DNA of 64,000 bases, taken from positions 24,552,001 to 24,616,000 of the forward strand of contig CM022673.1 of NCBI GenBank assembly GCA_012295275.1, in the 5' to 3' direction. The notes beneath the pieces were generated by a model. The model saw nothing but the letters and a program-made list of their open reading frames with translations. It was not told the origin of the DNA and did no database searches. Source of the stretch: Chrysomallon squamiferum. Lineage: Eukaryota > Animalia > Mollusca. Made by a program: the position numbers and the translations under genes. Numbering within the stretch: the stretch's first letter is position 1; each line of letters opens with the position of its first letter. Positions 1 to 14,273 of the stretch are shown here, one piece after another.

Positions 1-1904
1 CTCGCTTCTGAGTTTGTTTTTTGATGTCACGAAAGGTGTGTATGATACAGGCTATTGTTTAGTTTGTTTTCTTTTCTTTCGTTGTTTCTCGACTTTTTTT
101 GTTTTGTTTTGTTTTGTTCTTTCTTTGTACCTAAAGATGTTTCTTCTTTCTTTTCTGTCAGCTGAATTACGCTTGTTTACTAAAACTCTGTTAACTTCAA
201 AATGGCGCTAGAAATAAGCTTCAGCGGAACCAATACCCAACGGCATTAATGGCGGGCTTTTAATATGAAAGTGTCTTTTGAGCATCGAATAATAATATTT
301 AATTTGACTGATGGAGTTTGTCGTCACTGGCCGCTGTGGTGGCGTGGTGTAAGACAATGACAGACAATGCTTTCAGCTTTCTTCGCGAGTCGAGCTTGCC
401 CTACACCGGAAGCGGGGGTTACCGTTTTGTTAAATCACAATAATATCACGGTCCTACGTGTGTGAGGCTTAACGCAAGGGAAGTAATCTATATATTAAAA
501 AAAAACTTTTTTTTTTTTTTTTCCTCCTGTTTTCTTTTTTTATTATTATTCCATTTGTGTTCTTTGGACTTTTCTCTTTTCTTTCCTTTCTTTTATTCTT
601 TTATTTCTTTTTTTTTTTACTATTCGCTCGCGGAGTATCTTTACTACTTACTACGTGATGCACAAATAGTTGATTAGAAATATTGGACTGTAAACGTGTT
701 TGTCCATTACGTTAATACGGTTGTTATCTGACAGAACACACAAAAGGACAAAAAGACCTCGACTTGTATTAACTTCCTTCCGCTGCAGCAGAACCTATTT
801 AAGATGCATTATCTCTCGACTGACTTCGGCAGAAACCTCCAACCCGCCTACAAACGCAAGCATATTCATCATCATAATTAATTTCACAGGAGATTTTGTT
901 ATTTTTTATTTTTACGTAGATCGATGCTGCATAATTCATGAACTCGTTCTTTCACGCAGTCGTGGATGAATGGTTATATATGTTCTGTTATTCGACAATG
1001 GAAACACTGGAAAGATGAACCAGCTATAAGTATCTTACTTATTAATACTTTTTTTTTTTCTTAAATTATTTTTTTATTGGTACTTTATTAACGTTTTGGG
1101 GTGGGTTTTTTCCCCTTTCTTTCTTCTTTTATTTTTATTTTTAATTTTAATTTTAATTTTTTTTAGTATGAATTTGTGTGTGTTTATGTGTGAGTGTGTG
1201 TGTTTTTGTGAGAGAAAAAAAAACAACAAAAAAAACGTCGTATTACAGTATTATCACATCAAATATTAAAATACTGCGACTGTCAAAACCTTATGTTAAA
1301 TACGCCCTCTACGAAAGTTTCTCATAATCAAAACAGTTGATATAACATGAAACAACATATAATAAACTTAATTTTTATACTGCATTATATAACATAAGCC
1401 GCAAATTTATCTAAATCCCCTAATGAACAATTATACGTACTTTAATCAAATTATATCTTTTAATATAACAATATTTTTAATATAACTACTTTTTCGAAAA
1501 ATAATAAGAAGAAGAAAATTAAACGAAAGTGCTCTCCATTTTAGTCGACCAGTTAAAGACTTCAATGTTCAGCGTTTATCACGAACAACCACTGAAAAGC
1601 TCTCTTTGTGTCACGTGACAGATACTGGCTGAACAAGATGAATGAAAGTAAGTAGGCGGAATAAATTGTTATGTTTCTGAGATTCAGCTCGTAACTTAAT
1701 ACAGCTGCTTTAGTTGAAATTAAATCCGTTATTTTTCATATTTGTAACAGTCCTTAATCATAAAGAATACATATTTAAATAAAAAACTAAATATTAATTA
1801 AAGTGTGCCATTGATAATAGAAAGAAATAGGATAATTTCATTTTGTGTCCTTTCATAGTTATTATTTATATTTGTTTTAAAGACCAGGATGTGTAAAACA
1901 AACA

Positions 1905-1926
1905 AAAAAATAATAATAATAATAAC

Positions 1927-1979
<53 letters not shown>

Positions 1980-2545
1980 TTCCTAGACGCCATCATTTAG
2001 AAATAAAAATCCAAAGATCAGATTTTAATGAATCAACGTTAAAACAACAGTAACTTCATAATGTATTCACTTCCGAAATTTAAAAAAAAAAAAAAAAAAA
2101 TTTTTTTATATATATATAATTTGTTTTCTTACTTTCTTTTTTTTCTATATAAATTTTATGAAGGCGTCAGTTTTATCTTAAATGCAGTGTTAATGACAAC
2201 AAAAAACCGAAAAAAAAAAAAAAAAAAAAATCCGCTGCAAATGAAGAAAACTTATAAAATAGTACATACTAGAATCTACTTACAACAAATTGTAATTTTA
2301 ACTAGGAATTATGAGATGGAACACTGCTAGCTAGCACGTTTATCTGGGCTAAAGGTGGCTCAAACCTGGCCCAGAACTGAGCTCATCAGAGCGAGGCAGA
2401 TGTCTAGGTGTGCAGTGTGTTAACTGTTAACTACACTGATACGTTTCTAAAGAGAGTAAGTTTTTTTAGTTGGACTAGAAACTCACGTGTCACTAAACAA
2501 TAAATCTGAAGTCATCATCACCACCAACAAGAAGAAGAACAGCAG

Positions 2546-2576
<31 letters not shown>

Positions 2577-2695
2577 AATAATAATAATGATGATGATGAT
2601 GATGATGATAATAATAATAACGATAACTGTATATAAAAACAACAACAACAACTACTACTACTACTACTACAATAATAATAATAATAATAATAACT
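1905..2695. repeat. (AAT)n tract (~1911-1975) and compound AAC/AAT/GAT/ACT trinucleotide tract (~2515-2695)
   Basis: Directly visible simple repeats. Confidence 0.9.
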
Positions 2696-4710
2696 TTATG
2701 CTTCAGACTGCAAGATAGTTTTATAAATGGTTTCTTTTTTCAGCAGAAGCTAATTAGTTCAAAACGTACGAGTTGACGTCACTTATAGAATTAATATTTC
2801 ACAATATCCTTTATCATTAGCTATGATCAGTACCAAAAAACACAACAAAATAATAATATGGAATTATTAAATTGGTTTTAAAATACAGCATAAAAACTAT
2901 TATTCTTAAGACATTAAATAAACGCAAAGAACCCAGTCTGACCTTCTAAATAATTAATATCAAATGAATGGCAAAGATAATATTTTAAATCGATGTCTGA
3001 TTTCGAACAATGGGTAGTTTATTAGTCGGGTTAAGTCTGGATTTTGCTACATCGTAAGCCGGAAGGTTTTTATCGACGATTAAATGAATATTATTCTGAT
3101 TAAAGTCAGCGTATTTATAAATAAACTTTCAATCAAAGATGGATTCCTCAATTCTAAACCAGGGTCGTTTGTTCTAAGTCAAACAACCATGCCCGTATGT
3201 TTGGAGGGTTCGAAATGTAAATCTTTTACTTCTTCTTCTCCGTAGCTAGAAAACAGTTAATTAGTTCTAAAATGTTTCTTCAATTAAATGCTAAATTTGT
3301 ATGCTTATTCTTTGTCGTCTGTTATCACAAAACAAAAGTAATGAATGCTTAAGAATACTTTTATATACTTTAATATTTAACTGTCAGTCGTACGTTTCTT
3401 GTGTAACAATGACGTAGAATATAATTATGAAGCATAATTGTATTTTCATATACATTAATTAGAAGAAAAACTGAATACTAGAATCTGTAGTTCAGAGAAG
3501 AGAGAGACACTTTCACATATATATATACCTAATCCAAGATTTAATAACGTCACAGTCCGGCTTATACGTCACAAGGTATTATTACCTCACAGTTTTCACC
3601 AAAAATTATAATTATCTCGTCAGTTTAATTTGATTATCAGGGAAGCGGTTTAGGTGAAAATGGATGACTTTAGGTAATAATGGAATGAAAATAAAAGATA
3701 TAATTATCAGCTGAGGTTTGTCACTTCGGTGATTTTTTAATATGTTTTTATAACGTTGATTATATTTGAGATTGTGTGTATTCTTTTTACGTGTGATTGA
3801 TGACAATAAAAATAAACTGTGATACAGCAATTCAGTACCACATCTCTGTCTGATATAATTCAGTTAACATTTGAATTTTACGATAATAAATAAATAGATA
3901 AGGTTCATTGTACAGAAACAAAATAAAAAAAAAAAATAAAATAAAATAAATGAATGAATGAATAAAGTGAATTTGGAATATTTGAATAAATGAATTTAGG
4001 TAATAAAACATTTTAAGTTTCGCGAATTTTTGAAACTAACACATTTAAAAATCATTATAGAAAGGGTTTTTTTTTGGGGGCGGGTTCATATATTAATCTA
4101 ATAAAGAATTTAAAAATCAAAATCATCTGTTCACTGTACAATTGCTCACCAGCAAAGTGAGAAACAGGACAATTGCTCACCACAATTGCTGATTTTTTTT
4201 TATCAATAAAATTTTGTTTTACGTTATGGTATCTGTGTCTAAATGGTTGGGTGAGAGTGGGAATCTGTGATAAATAAATAAATAAAATAAATAAGATAGC
4301 AAAATTAATTCTAAATCAGCTATATTTTCATTTCTTTTTTTTGATGATCAAAGTGTTAAGTATTGCAGAGTAGTGATAAAAGGCTAAAACGTAACTAATT
4401 ACTAAAAACAACACACAATTCTAAAAGTTTGATCTACCTAAACCAATAACAATGTTTGTGAAGTTATCCTAAAGTTACACAGTAATTAGTACTTAACACC
4501 TGTACCTGAAACACGTTATACGCCTTTGTTGTTCACGAGTCAGAAATAACTATCTCCTTAATCAAACAACTGTAGGAAGATCAAAAAACTTTAATTAACT
4601 GAATAAAGTTTTTATATCCGTATTTGTGTCAAATGTTTTTATTTTACTTTTTTTTTTTTCTTTATTAAAGTTTGTTTTCTTTATTTGTTTTATTTAGTAA
4701 CATTAATCAC

Positions 4711-4748
<38 letters not shown>

Positions 4749-4749
4749 C

Positions 4750-4759
4750 ACTTACCTTG
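4750..4759 (-). other. Consensus 5' splice site on the minus strand, possibly ending a non-coding exon of a gene running leftwards
   Basis: The + strand ACTTACCTTG is CAAG|GTAAGT on the minus strand, at the border between complex CpG-retaining sequence and an A/T homopolymer-rich tract. No coding frame was found. Confidence 0.35.
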
Positions 4760-6256
4760 ATTATTTTACGCACCGGTGCGGAGGAAAAGTTGAAACAGAC
4801 GTAAAAGGTAGCAGTTAATAATTTATCAGTTATCTTCTAAATCTTCTGTGCGAAAATTAAAATTATAAAACGAAGTAAAAAAAATAACCCCAAACAAACA
4901 AACACGTCTGATTGCACAGATAGGTAAGAATATTCTCGTCAGATAGTTTACATTACACAACTGCGGGGTATTTTGTACAACGTCTGTCAAACTTTATGGA
5001 ACGCTGTGAAAGTCAACAGCCCAGTGACGTGTCGGATCACTGTTTAGAAACGCTTGTTCAAAAACACAGTGTCAATGCGATAAGAAAAGCTTGACGTCTT
5101 CAGACGTCCTAAAGCGTGGGAATCTTTAAATTTTTAAATTTGTTTATATCTGTGTACGTTTCCTGCAATTTAACGAGGTGGGGAAGTTCTCTTTTAGATC
5201 GAGAACTAACGTCTTGCTCGGTTAGTAAAACTCTTGTCTAATTAATTTAACTAAATGCGATTAGTGACAGTGTTTTCACGCAAACACAGCAGACTCTCTT
5301 GGGAAGGTTGGTTTCTAAGTCAGCAATCCCGCACGCGTAACACAAAGGGTCTCGATGAATCTTACGCTTTTGTTACCCTCTGCTTACTTACGAGAGGTGT
5401 CGTGGTAAATGAGGACATTGTGAAATTCGACTCGATACACTGGTTTCCCACTGTTTTATTTATCTGGCTTTCGAGTCTTCTCAAAATTAGTCAGTATTCT
5501 TCAAACGTGGTCTTATCGAAGCACCATTTCAAAATACGAGTTAATTTAATTTGCAAGAAATCTCCTGTGAATGGAAACTGGATGGCACCTCGTATCAAGT
5601 AATAAAAAGTGAAATCTGGATGTGTGTAAAGAGCAAAGACTGAGTAACGTTCAACTACGAAATAACTGACGTCAAGATGTTTTTAAAATGTATCTGTAGC
5701 TCCGTTTTTTTTTTTTTTTTTCTTTTTTTCTTTCTTTCTTGTTGATTAGGAAGCTTATTTGTCGCTATTTTCAGTTGTTGTTGTTGTTGATGCTGCTTTG
5801 TTTTTTTGTTTATTTTTGTTTATTTTTTTGTAGTTGTTGTTTCGGTTTTGTCATTTTTCATAATAGAACGATCGAAGGATTTCTTTTTTATTTTATTTGG
5901 AATTACATTTTACTGTTTGGTTTTGGTTTGTATTGTTTCATTTTCATTGGGTTTTATAAAAAAAAAAAAAAATTAACTTTTAATGTGTATTTCTATGTGA
6001 GAGGTGTTAATTTTTTTCTTTCTTTCTTTTTTTTTTTTTTTTTTTTGGTTTACTTGTTTGACTGTTTTGTTTTATTATTATTATTATTATTAATATTATT
6101 TTATTTATTTATTTTTTATTGTTATTTGTTACTGTGGTAACTAACGTGAAAGTGTCATAATTCCTTTAAAATAATTTAATGAATTGGAATAATTATTTAT
6201 TCCACTAGATTCATATAGTGATGACGATGATGTTGACGATTATGGTGGTGATCATC

Positions 6257-6296
<40 letters not shown>

Positions 6297-9200
6297 GTGT
6301 TTGACCCTGAAACACAAATGTAATAATAGGGTAAAGCTTTATCAGTTTTGTAATCCAAAGTTATCGCTGTATGTATAAAATGATGTTTTGAATGTATTTC
6401 AACCAACCTTTTTCATTTTGAGAAAATCAGAAAATCAATGTAATTTTAAAATCATTTATTTGTTAGCACTAAATCTGAAGATTTTAAATTTCACAACACA
6501 TATATGTACGAGTCCACGTATGTTGGTTTTGAGTGTTAGTCTGACCACCCATCAAATGATAGCTGACACCCCGGGGGAATTCAGAAATGGACTAACGCCC
6601 TGGGGACCTGTTCTCACATAGAAGATGGGATCCGATGTGAAATTCCGTGTAGACTTTTTGCGGTCGGACACCTTACTAGAGAAAGATGCCAAAACCCCAA
6701 GCACACGCAGCCTGTCAACAGCGCCCAACAAAAGTTTGAAAATCCGTGTTTCCAGCCCTTGAGAAATTGTTTGCACGCGGCTGATTTGCGAAGATGATGT
6801 TATGCATGTTCGATCTGGGGAAGACAGGGTAAAGCGGCGTAGATCATCTGATTGAGTCCCATGTGCACAGGGCCAAAGATGAACTAACCACTACTGCATG
6901 TGTTGTCGCACAGAGAAATCGAGGAATGAAGCAGCTGGGGCTGAGAGTATCTGAGGTTGATTCTTGTGACTCTGTTAATAGGGATAAAGGCAAGTGCGAC
7001 TGTTTCGGCCACAAAACAAAAACGTCACCATCAGCTCCACATCGTGTGAGTAAGAACTAAAGATGGAATATCTCGCAGAATGGAGGGAATGTTCATTACA
7101 TCGCTCAAAGTCATCTATTACCACAGAAAGATCACACCTTGCTATCTCTAATACAAGAATAATAATTTCATGTCGGAGTACGGTGCAGGCCTCTTTGAAG
7201 GACACTGAAGTTAACCAACTGCCTAGGATTTTTAAACGACAGTGATAGAGGGTTTAAGATTAAATAATTGCAAATCCAGTTAACTATCCATACAATTATT
7301 TTGTGAAATAGTACGTACGTACGCAGACACAGACAAATGACAACAGCACAACACATACATACATACATACAACACATACATACATACATACAACACATAC
7401 ATATACATACATCCATACATACACATATATATCCTGTTTTTATTTGAATAGATTAACATCTCGTTTTGATATGATTTAAGATAGATATATTTAAGTATAA
7501 AAGATATTATAAACCAAAGATACATTCTGTCAATTGTTTTTTTAGACTTTAATTTCCTTCATATAGATTCTTTCGGGATTTAAAATTAAAATAAGACATA
7601 ATAAATTGGGTTTAACAATGGACCAGCAATCGTTTTTATTTAAACCTGCATATGATTTACTGCAACAAAGCATGGCAATTTTTTTTAGTAATTTGCATCA
7701 TAAACAACGGACGGGAGTCAACACAAAAACCATTACTGCCAATTATACAAGGCACACAGTTGATTATGGTGAAACAACTAGGTTTATTGGAAATCTGTTA
7801 TATACATGGAAATCACAAAAAGTCACTTTGGACCATAAATTCACATATACTCCCATTTACACATTATTGTAATTAAGTTTTAAAGTTACCAAATCCCGAA
7901 TCATTATGGTTAACGCGACCTAGATTTTAATTAACGAAAATAAATACTGCTTAAATCAGCTAAATGTTATGATTGTATGCTTTACATCCTACAAAATTAG
8001 GGAGAGTGTTTTGAGTTTCTTTAAAGACAGAAATTGTTGATGATTCTTTCCAACTCGGACAGACAAATTCTGAAGAGTCGCTGGCTCGAAGGTCGAATGT
8101 ACTTAACAATAAATAAATAACAAAGGGAGGCAATTGATAATTTTTCTGAAAATGTTTTTAAAATGACGGAATTAATTTTGGATGATTTAAAAATATTAAA
8201 ATTATCTTGTTACTATTTATTGTATTTCCCAATTCAGATTTTGCTTATTTAAATGGAAACGTGTGACGAGGTTTGAGGTAATACTTCTTTATTTTTGAAG
8301 TAACACTATCAGTATCCTGAGGTACTGCACAATACCAAAGTTCGGGTGGTTCCACATTGTGACATTCCGGTCCATAATTATCAGTCTAAACGTTTAAAAA
8401 AAAAAAAAATAATATAAAATTTTCAAAGTTATGAACATAGGACTAATTTTCCAAAAGAATAGGCCTATGTATTATTATTTTTTTTTTTTTTTTTTATCTT
8501 ATTGACATTATTAAATTACAGTGAAAATCAAAATGTTCTTAATAAGTTAATCTGACCTATATAATATATTTTTCCCCCAAATTATTATCATTGTTTAAAA
8601 ATATTTTATTTTATTTTTTATAATAAAAATATTACCAGAACACTGTTCCTCATCTAAAGAAAATGTGGAGACAAAAACCATATCACTGCATTTGGCTTCA
8701 TACTGCATTTATTGATGAAAAAAACATCATATACATATAGTTATTCTTCATTTATAGATACATTGTCATAATAATTTAGTCTACCTAAAAGTAATGAAGC
8801 TATATATAATTTATTGTTGTTTGAAACTACTTTCCAGTCAGAGTGTGACGTACATGATTCATAAAAAAAAAAAAAAAATTCCATTTGGACTTTATTTTCG
8901 TTATGTTCCTGAAACGTTAATTTATAACAACTTTATTAGTGTGTATACATAGTTTTTATTTAATACTGAAAAGAAATTATATAAGTAAGTCAATTAAGAT
9001 TTTAAAAATAAAATATTAAAAATAATAATGATAAAATAAAATGATAAAACAGTGTTTTGTGATGGGCATTTGGTTCTGCTCATCTCACCAAAGCTCATCT
9101 ACATTATCTGATCCTGTAAATAAGAACAAATTATTTTTAATATTGTGAATGTGCATTGACACCATGCCTGACAAAAACACAACAGCATGAACATTATTTT

Positions 9201-9386
9201 CAAATATTTTTGTTTTCATATGCAATAATCAGTCATATCTAAATTTATCAAATGTTATGTTTTATTTTGATACAAATGTTTGTTAATTCTTTGATATTAT
9301 TAAATCAAAATTTGTTCATTCCCTCTCTGTTTCCTGTTCTTTTCAGAGCTATCATATATTGTCTGAAGACTAATAAAACAGTGAAA

Positions 9387-10889
9387 ATGGTGACTGTGGT
9401 AAAACAGGTTACAACATTTGCCACTCTCTATATTGGGTACATGGTGTACATTTTAGTTCGCAAATCCTTTTCCTTTGCCACACCAGCGATCTTACAGGCT
9501 GAAAACTTGGAAAAGAACCACTTAGGTTTGTATTACAAGACATGATACTTTGATAGATAGGTAGAAAGATAGATAGATAGATAGATGTCTGTATGTGTGT
9601 GTGTATGTGTGTGTGTATGTTTGTCCAAGCTATCAAAACCAATACAAAAATTGAAAATAATATAATACATGATATATCATTCTTAACTATGATATATCAT
9701 GTATTATATTATTTATACATATACATACAATAAAATCACAATTCTAGTGATAACGGTATATTTTTATTACTTTTATTTTTATATTTTGTATTTAGTTTTC
9801 TTATTTATTTAAAAAAAAAATGGTTCCTTTATTTTTCTTTTCATTTCAAATTGTAAACACATAATGCTACAACAATTCTGTTGATTCTGACTGTTATCTT
9901 TTCAGTCACTGTTAAGGCAAAGTCCAAAAGGTGCAGGTAAAATTTGAGTCTTATAATATGCTAAAAGTATTTCACGATTGTCTCTGCAGCATCTTGAAGA
10001 CCAGTTTAATTTACCATTATTTGACATTATCAATCTGTTGTTCAGGTTTAATTGTGAGCAGTCAGATGTTTGGCTATACAATCAGCAAGTTACTTGGTGG
10101 AGTTTTGGTGGACATCTACAGCCCAAAGCTGGTCTTCTCCATCGGTCTCTTCTTTACAGGACTCACTGCTCTTATTTTCACAGGTAAACATGGGTCTGAA
10201 TTATATATGTATGTGGGTATGGCTCTTCTCAGTTATTTACTTATAAATATTTTATGTCTGTTTCAAAAATATTGTAATTCAACTGTGAAAGAACGTCCAT
10301 TTGACTTTCACTAAATTTTTATTAACATTTTATATTTTATATGTTTTTTTATTCTAGATAAAAATCTGGCCTTGTGTCTAGAATGTAACATTAATTTATA
10401 ATATAATAGTAAAATAAAAAGTTTGTTTACTTATTGTGTAACAAGCATTTTGCTCAGTAACTGAAGTATTTTTGTTTTCAATGATAAAAAAAAAAAAAAA
10501 AAAAAAAAAATATTACTGGTAGTAACTTTATTACAATAATCTCTTTCAGTTTTTGACTCTGTGCTCATGTTCACTGTATTTTGGTTCCTGAATGGTTTTG
10601 TTCAAGGTCCAAGTTGGCCAGCATGTGCAGTTTTGATTAAAAGGGTAATACATTATATAATTATGTATACAGGATTACCTGTTAATGCAGATATTAACCA
10701 AACAGCATAAGAAATAACCAAATTTAACTGGGGTTTTGGAGGGTGGAGGTTTGTTAGTTATGTGTTGTTGTTGTTTTAATTTATTAATTTATTTTATTAT
10801 TATTATTTTTTTATATACTATCATATAATCAGTTTATTTTCTAATTATGCTGAGTAACTTGATTTAATTTTTTCTTACCTGCAAGTATA

Positions 10890-10962
<73 letters not shown>

Positions 10963-11162
10963 ACACACCCACACACACATATATACACCCATAAACACAC
11001 CCATAAACACACACATAACACAAACACATACATACATACATACATACATACATGCATGCAGTAAATACCATAACCTCCCAATCTGTATAATAATAATAAT
11101 AATTATCATTATTTATTTATTTGGTTATACAATGTATATTATTATTATTGTTATTGTTATTG

Positions 11163-11227
<65 letters not shown>

Positions 11228-14200
11228 CAGTTTTTTGCTCCAAATCATTTTGGAACGTGGTGGAGTATTTTGTCTACATCTATGAATGTTGCTGGGTCAG
11301 TTGGTCCTTTATTATCTGCTGGTTTGATTTCCTTGTATGGCTGGAGATCTGGCATCATTGCTGGAGGTAATTTTTTTCACTTTGTTGTAAAATTTCATTT
11401 ATTACATTGCGAAGGCCTGTTCCAAGAAAGTGTTGTTTCATTTTACTGTTAAAATAATTAAAAATATATACCATTTAATTTTGTCGATAAAAGAAAGAAC
11501 TATAAAATGATCGATAAAATGAATCAGTCTTGTGCAGAAGCATGTTAGTTCAAAATAGCCATTGTTTTGTATTTTCATTTGTATAATAAATAAAAATTAT
11601 AATGATTTCTTTTTCTTTATTCTTTTCAGTTTTTATAGGTAACATTGTAGATACATGATAATTCATTATTTGTAAATTAAATTTATTTTCTGATTTTCAT
11701 ATTTTATTTTTAAGGTTTGCTGGCAATCTCATTATCCGGAATCTCAGTGTTGTCTATGAAAGACTCTTCAGCAGACCCAGTTAAACCTGTCCAAAAGACG
11801 AACGCATGTTCAATAAGTAAGTTATATTTAAAAATTACCTTTTAAAATTTTTACATTGAGAGTAGCAAGTCAGATATGTGTTTTATTTAAAACAGGATTA
11901 ATATTATCGCCTGCAATTCCTTCCTCACTAGTTTGTTTTGTTGACAGCATCAAACCTGAAGTTGCGACTTCCAGAGGTTCTTGGGAGGCCTGTGTTTTTA
12001 GCTGTGTGCATCAACTATTTTGTTGTGTCTTTAATCCGGGGAGGCTGCAGTGACTGGGGCCAGTTGTACCTCATCCAAGAGAAAGGACAGCCTGTGATTA
12101 TCGGTAAGTTGTACATAGAGACAGACAGACAAACAGATTGGCATAGTCTGTCACAGACAATGATGTTTAGAAATTTAAAATAATAATTAATGAGTTCCAT
12201 ATTAAAACTGTGTGTGTGTGTGTGTTTGTACTTACAGAGTTGTAAGAACTATGAATCATATAAATAAAGAAAATGCAGCATATGCTAAAATATGCACAAT
12301 ATGACTGTTGCAATCATTATGTACTTCTGTTGTCAGACACTCTAAAGTTTCAATTCGTATTTTTTGATATTCTCAAATAATGCTTTACTTTTGCATAACT
12401 GATTAAATGAATTGATATATCAGCTGTCTCTTTTGTTTCAGTTTATGATGTTCATATGCCAAAAATTGGTTTTATTGATAAAGGAACATTTTCTGAATGA
12501 TCAGTTAGTTACGTATTTTCAAAGTATTGTCATATCAGTATTTAACTTCTAGCAGTTTGTTTGAAAGACAAATGTTGTTGATGGCTTTGGGCAGTGTACT
12601 GAAAGTGTATCATATCTATTCATTTGTTAAGTACAATTCAAACTTAGTCCAGTATAATTATATGTACAATTTTAGGAAGTGCATTCACGAGCAGTCAGGA
12701 AGTTGGTGGAATTGTGGGAAGTATTCTGGCAGGATATATTTCAGATTATTTGATAAACAAAGTAAGTATCAAAGATAGTTTTTTTTTTTTTTTTTCGTTT
12801 TTTTTCATAACATTCATGGACGATTAACAGAACAATCCATATTATTTAAATGTTGCAGAGTAATGTCCCCTGCTGGATAATTTGATAGCTATATCAGCAA
12901 CAATAACTCAGAGTTTCATATCTAAACTTTTGTTTATTGCATTACACATATGTGTTGGGGGTGTTAATTTATCCTTTGCCACATTAATGTGAATTAATTC
13001 ATTATGTTAATGTCAGCAGTTTACTTAAAGAGGTTTAACAATGTTATTTGATGTATTGATGATGTCCATATTGTAGTGATTGTTCTCACATTTGTAATGG
13101 GAACGTTCAAGATAATGTTTAAATGTTTGTTACAGAGAGGCTGGAAGTATAATCCCAGGTTAAAAGTGGTTCTCTGGTTCACCTGGGTTGTTGCTGTCTG
13201 TCTCTACCTCCTCCTGTACTACGTAACAGCAGACTCTAAAAAGGTAGGCAGGCTCAGAAATCATATATTATTTGTGATGACTTAAGCCATAAACTTTCAA
13301 AACTGCTGAAAAATAAATAAAATGCAGACACATTCCAGAGTTCACAGAGGGGTAAATGTTATTATTACTGTGGTGAAAAAATATTCTCATATTATGTAGT
13401 AGATGAAGTAAGTTTGATTTGAAAATTGTTTATTTCTTAAATAAGTTTTATCTTTTGATTTAAAGTTTAAGAAAAGGTGTTGATAAATTGTTTATTTCAA
13501 GATTCATTCAAAATAGCAGCAAAATATTTACTGGTTTATCATATATCTATATTTCATATAGATATGGATAAGTCAGTTCTGCACAACTGATTTCTGGATT
13601 GGTTTTTTTTTATATAAAAAGACACAATTGCCATGTTTGGTGTAATGTGATGCTGTCCATGGACTAAAAGCATGGAGCACTGGTCCAGACAAGATGGAGG
13701 GAACTGCTCATTCAATAAGCATTTTAGCAGCAAACAGTAAAAATGTCAAACTTATTTTGTTAATAACATATATCTATATCTAAAAATATATATATATATA
13801 TATAGCTTGAGAGAAATAACTGGGATATAATATATATATAACTTGATAGTATCTATGTAGAAAAATTTCAAATTTTGTATTTATTTTTTTTGCTTCAGTT
13901 CTGAAATCAACAACAGAATTATTAAAATATAATTGTATATCTATCTAAACATATATATATATATCATTATTCATTTATTTTGAATGTATATTTCCATCTA
14001 TATATATAAAACAATTGATATATATGTATCAAACAATTGACATAATTATACTTGTTTTGATACATTGTAAATTAATAACATGTATTTTTGTTTTTTGTTA
14101 TTTCAGTTGGTATAGTGTTGTCAGGACTGCCTCTCAGTTACATTGCCAAGTACTACAACTGGCACACAATGTTTATTATGTTGGGTTACTTGTCAATGGC

Positions 14201-14273
14201 TTCAGCTATGATTGCCTATTTCTCTCAGTGGCCAACACTGCCCATTGAAAAAGAAGAGAAAAAAGAACAGTAA
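9387..14273 (+). CDS. SLC37A4: Glucose-6-phosphate exchanger / SLC37A4-like MFS sugar-phosphate antiporter (10 coding exons)
   Basis: GT-AG exons with consistent phases: 9387-9525, 10046-10183, 10550-10644, 11231-11366, 11715-11816, 11948-12103, 12676-12761, 13136-13243, 13562-13736 (internally disrupted), 14107-14273. The translation carries OPA/SLC37A4 motifs: GYMVYILVRKSFSF, YTISKLLGGVLVD, WFLNGFVQGPSWP, FGTWWSILSTSMNVAG, DWGQLYLIQEKG, EVGGIVGSILAGYISD, GTAHSI, SGLPLSYIAKYYNW. It ends in a KKxx ER-retrieval signal (KKEQ*). Confidence 0.92.
10891..11227. repeat. (CA)n, (CATA)n and (ATT)n microsatellites in SLC37A4 intron 3
   Basis: Directly visible. The (ATT)n tract runs right up to the ACAG acceptor ending at 11230. 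Confidence 0.9.

Noticed and set aside
2350-2400. Hammerhead-like CTGATGA followed by a hairpin on the minus strand (similar cores at ~14543 and ~36377 on +)
   Set aside because: There is no correctly placed GAAA after stem II and no stems I or III.
5255-6140. 115-aa and 133-aa ORFs, and similar Phe/Leu/Ile/Cys-Val-rich ORFs elsewhere in the track
   Set aside because: They have no recognisable domains. Most arise from T-rich or dinucleotide low-complexity sequence.
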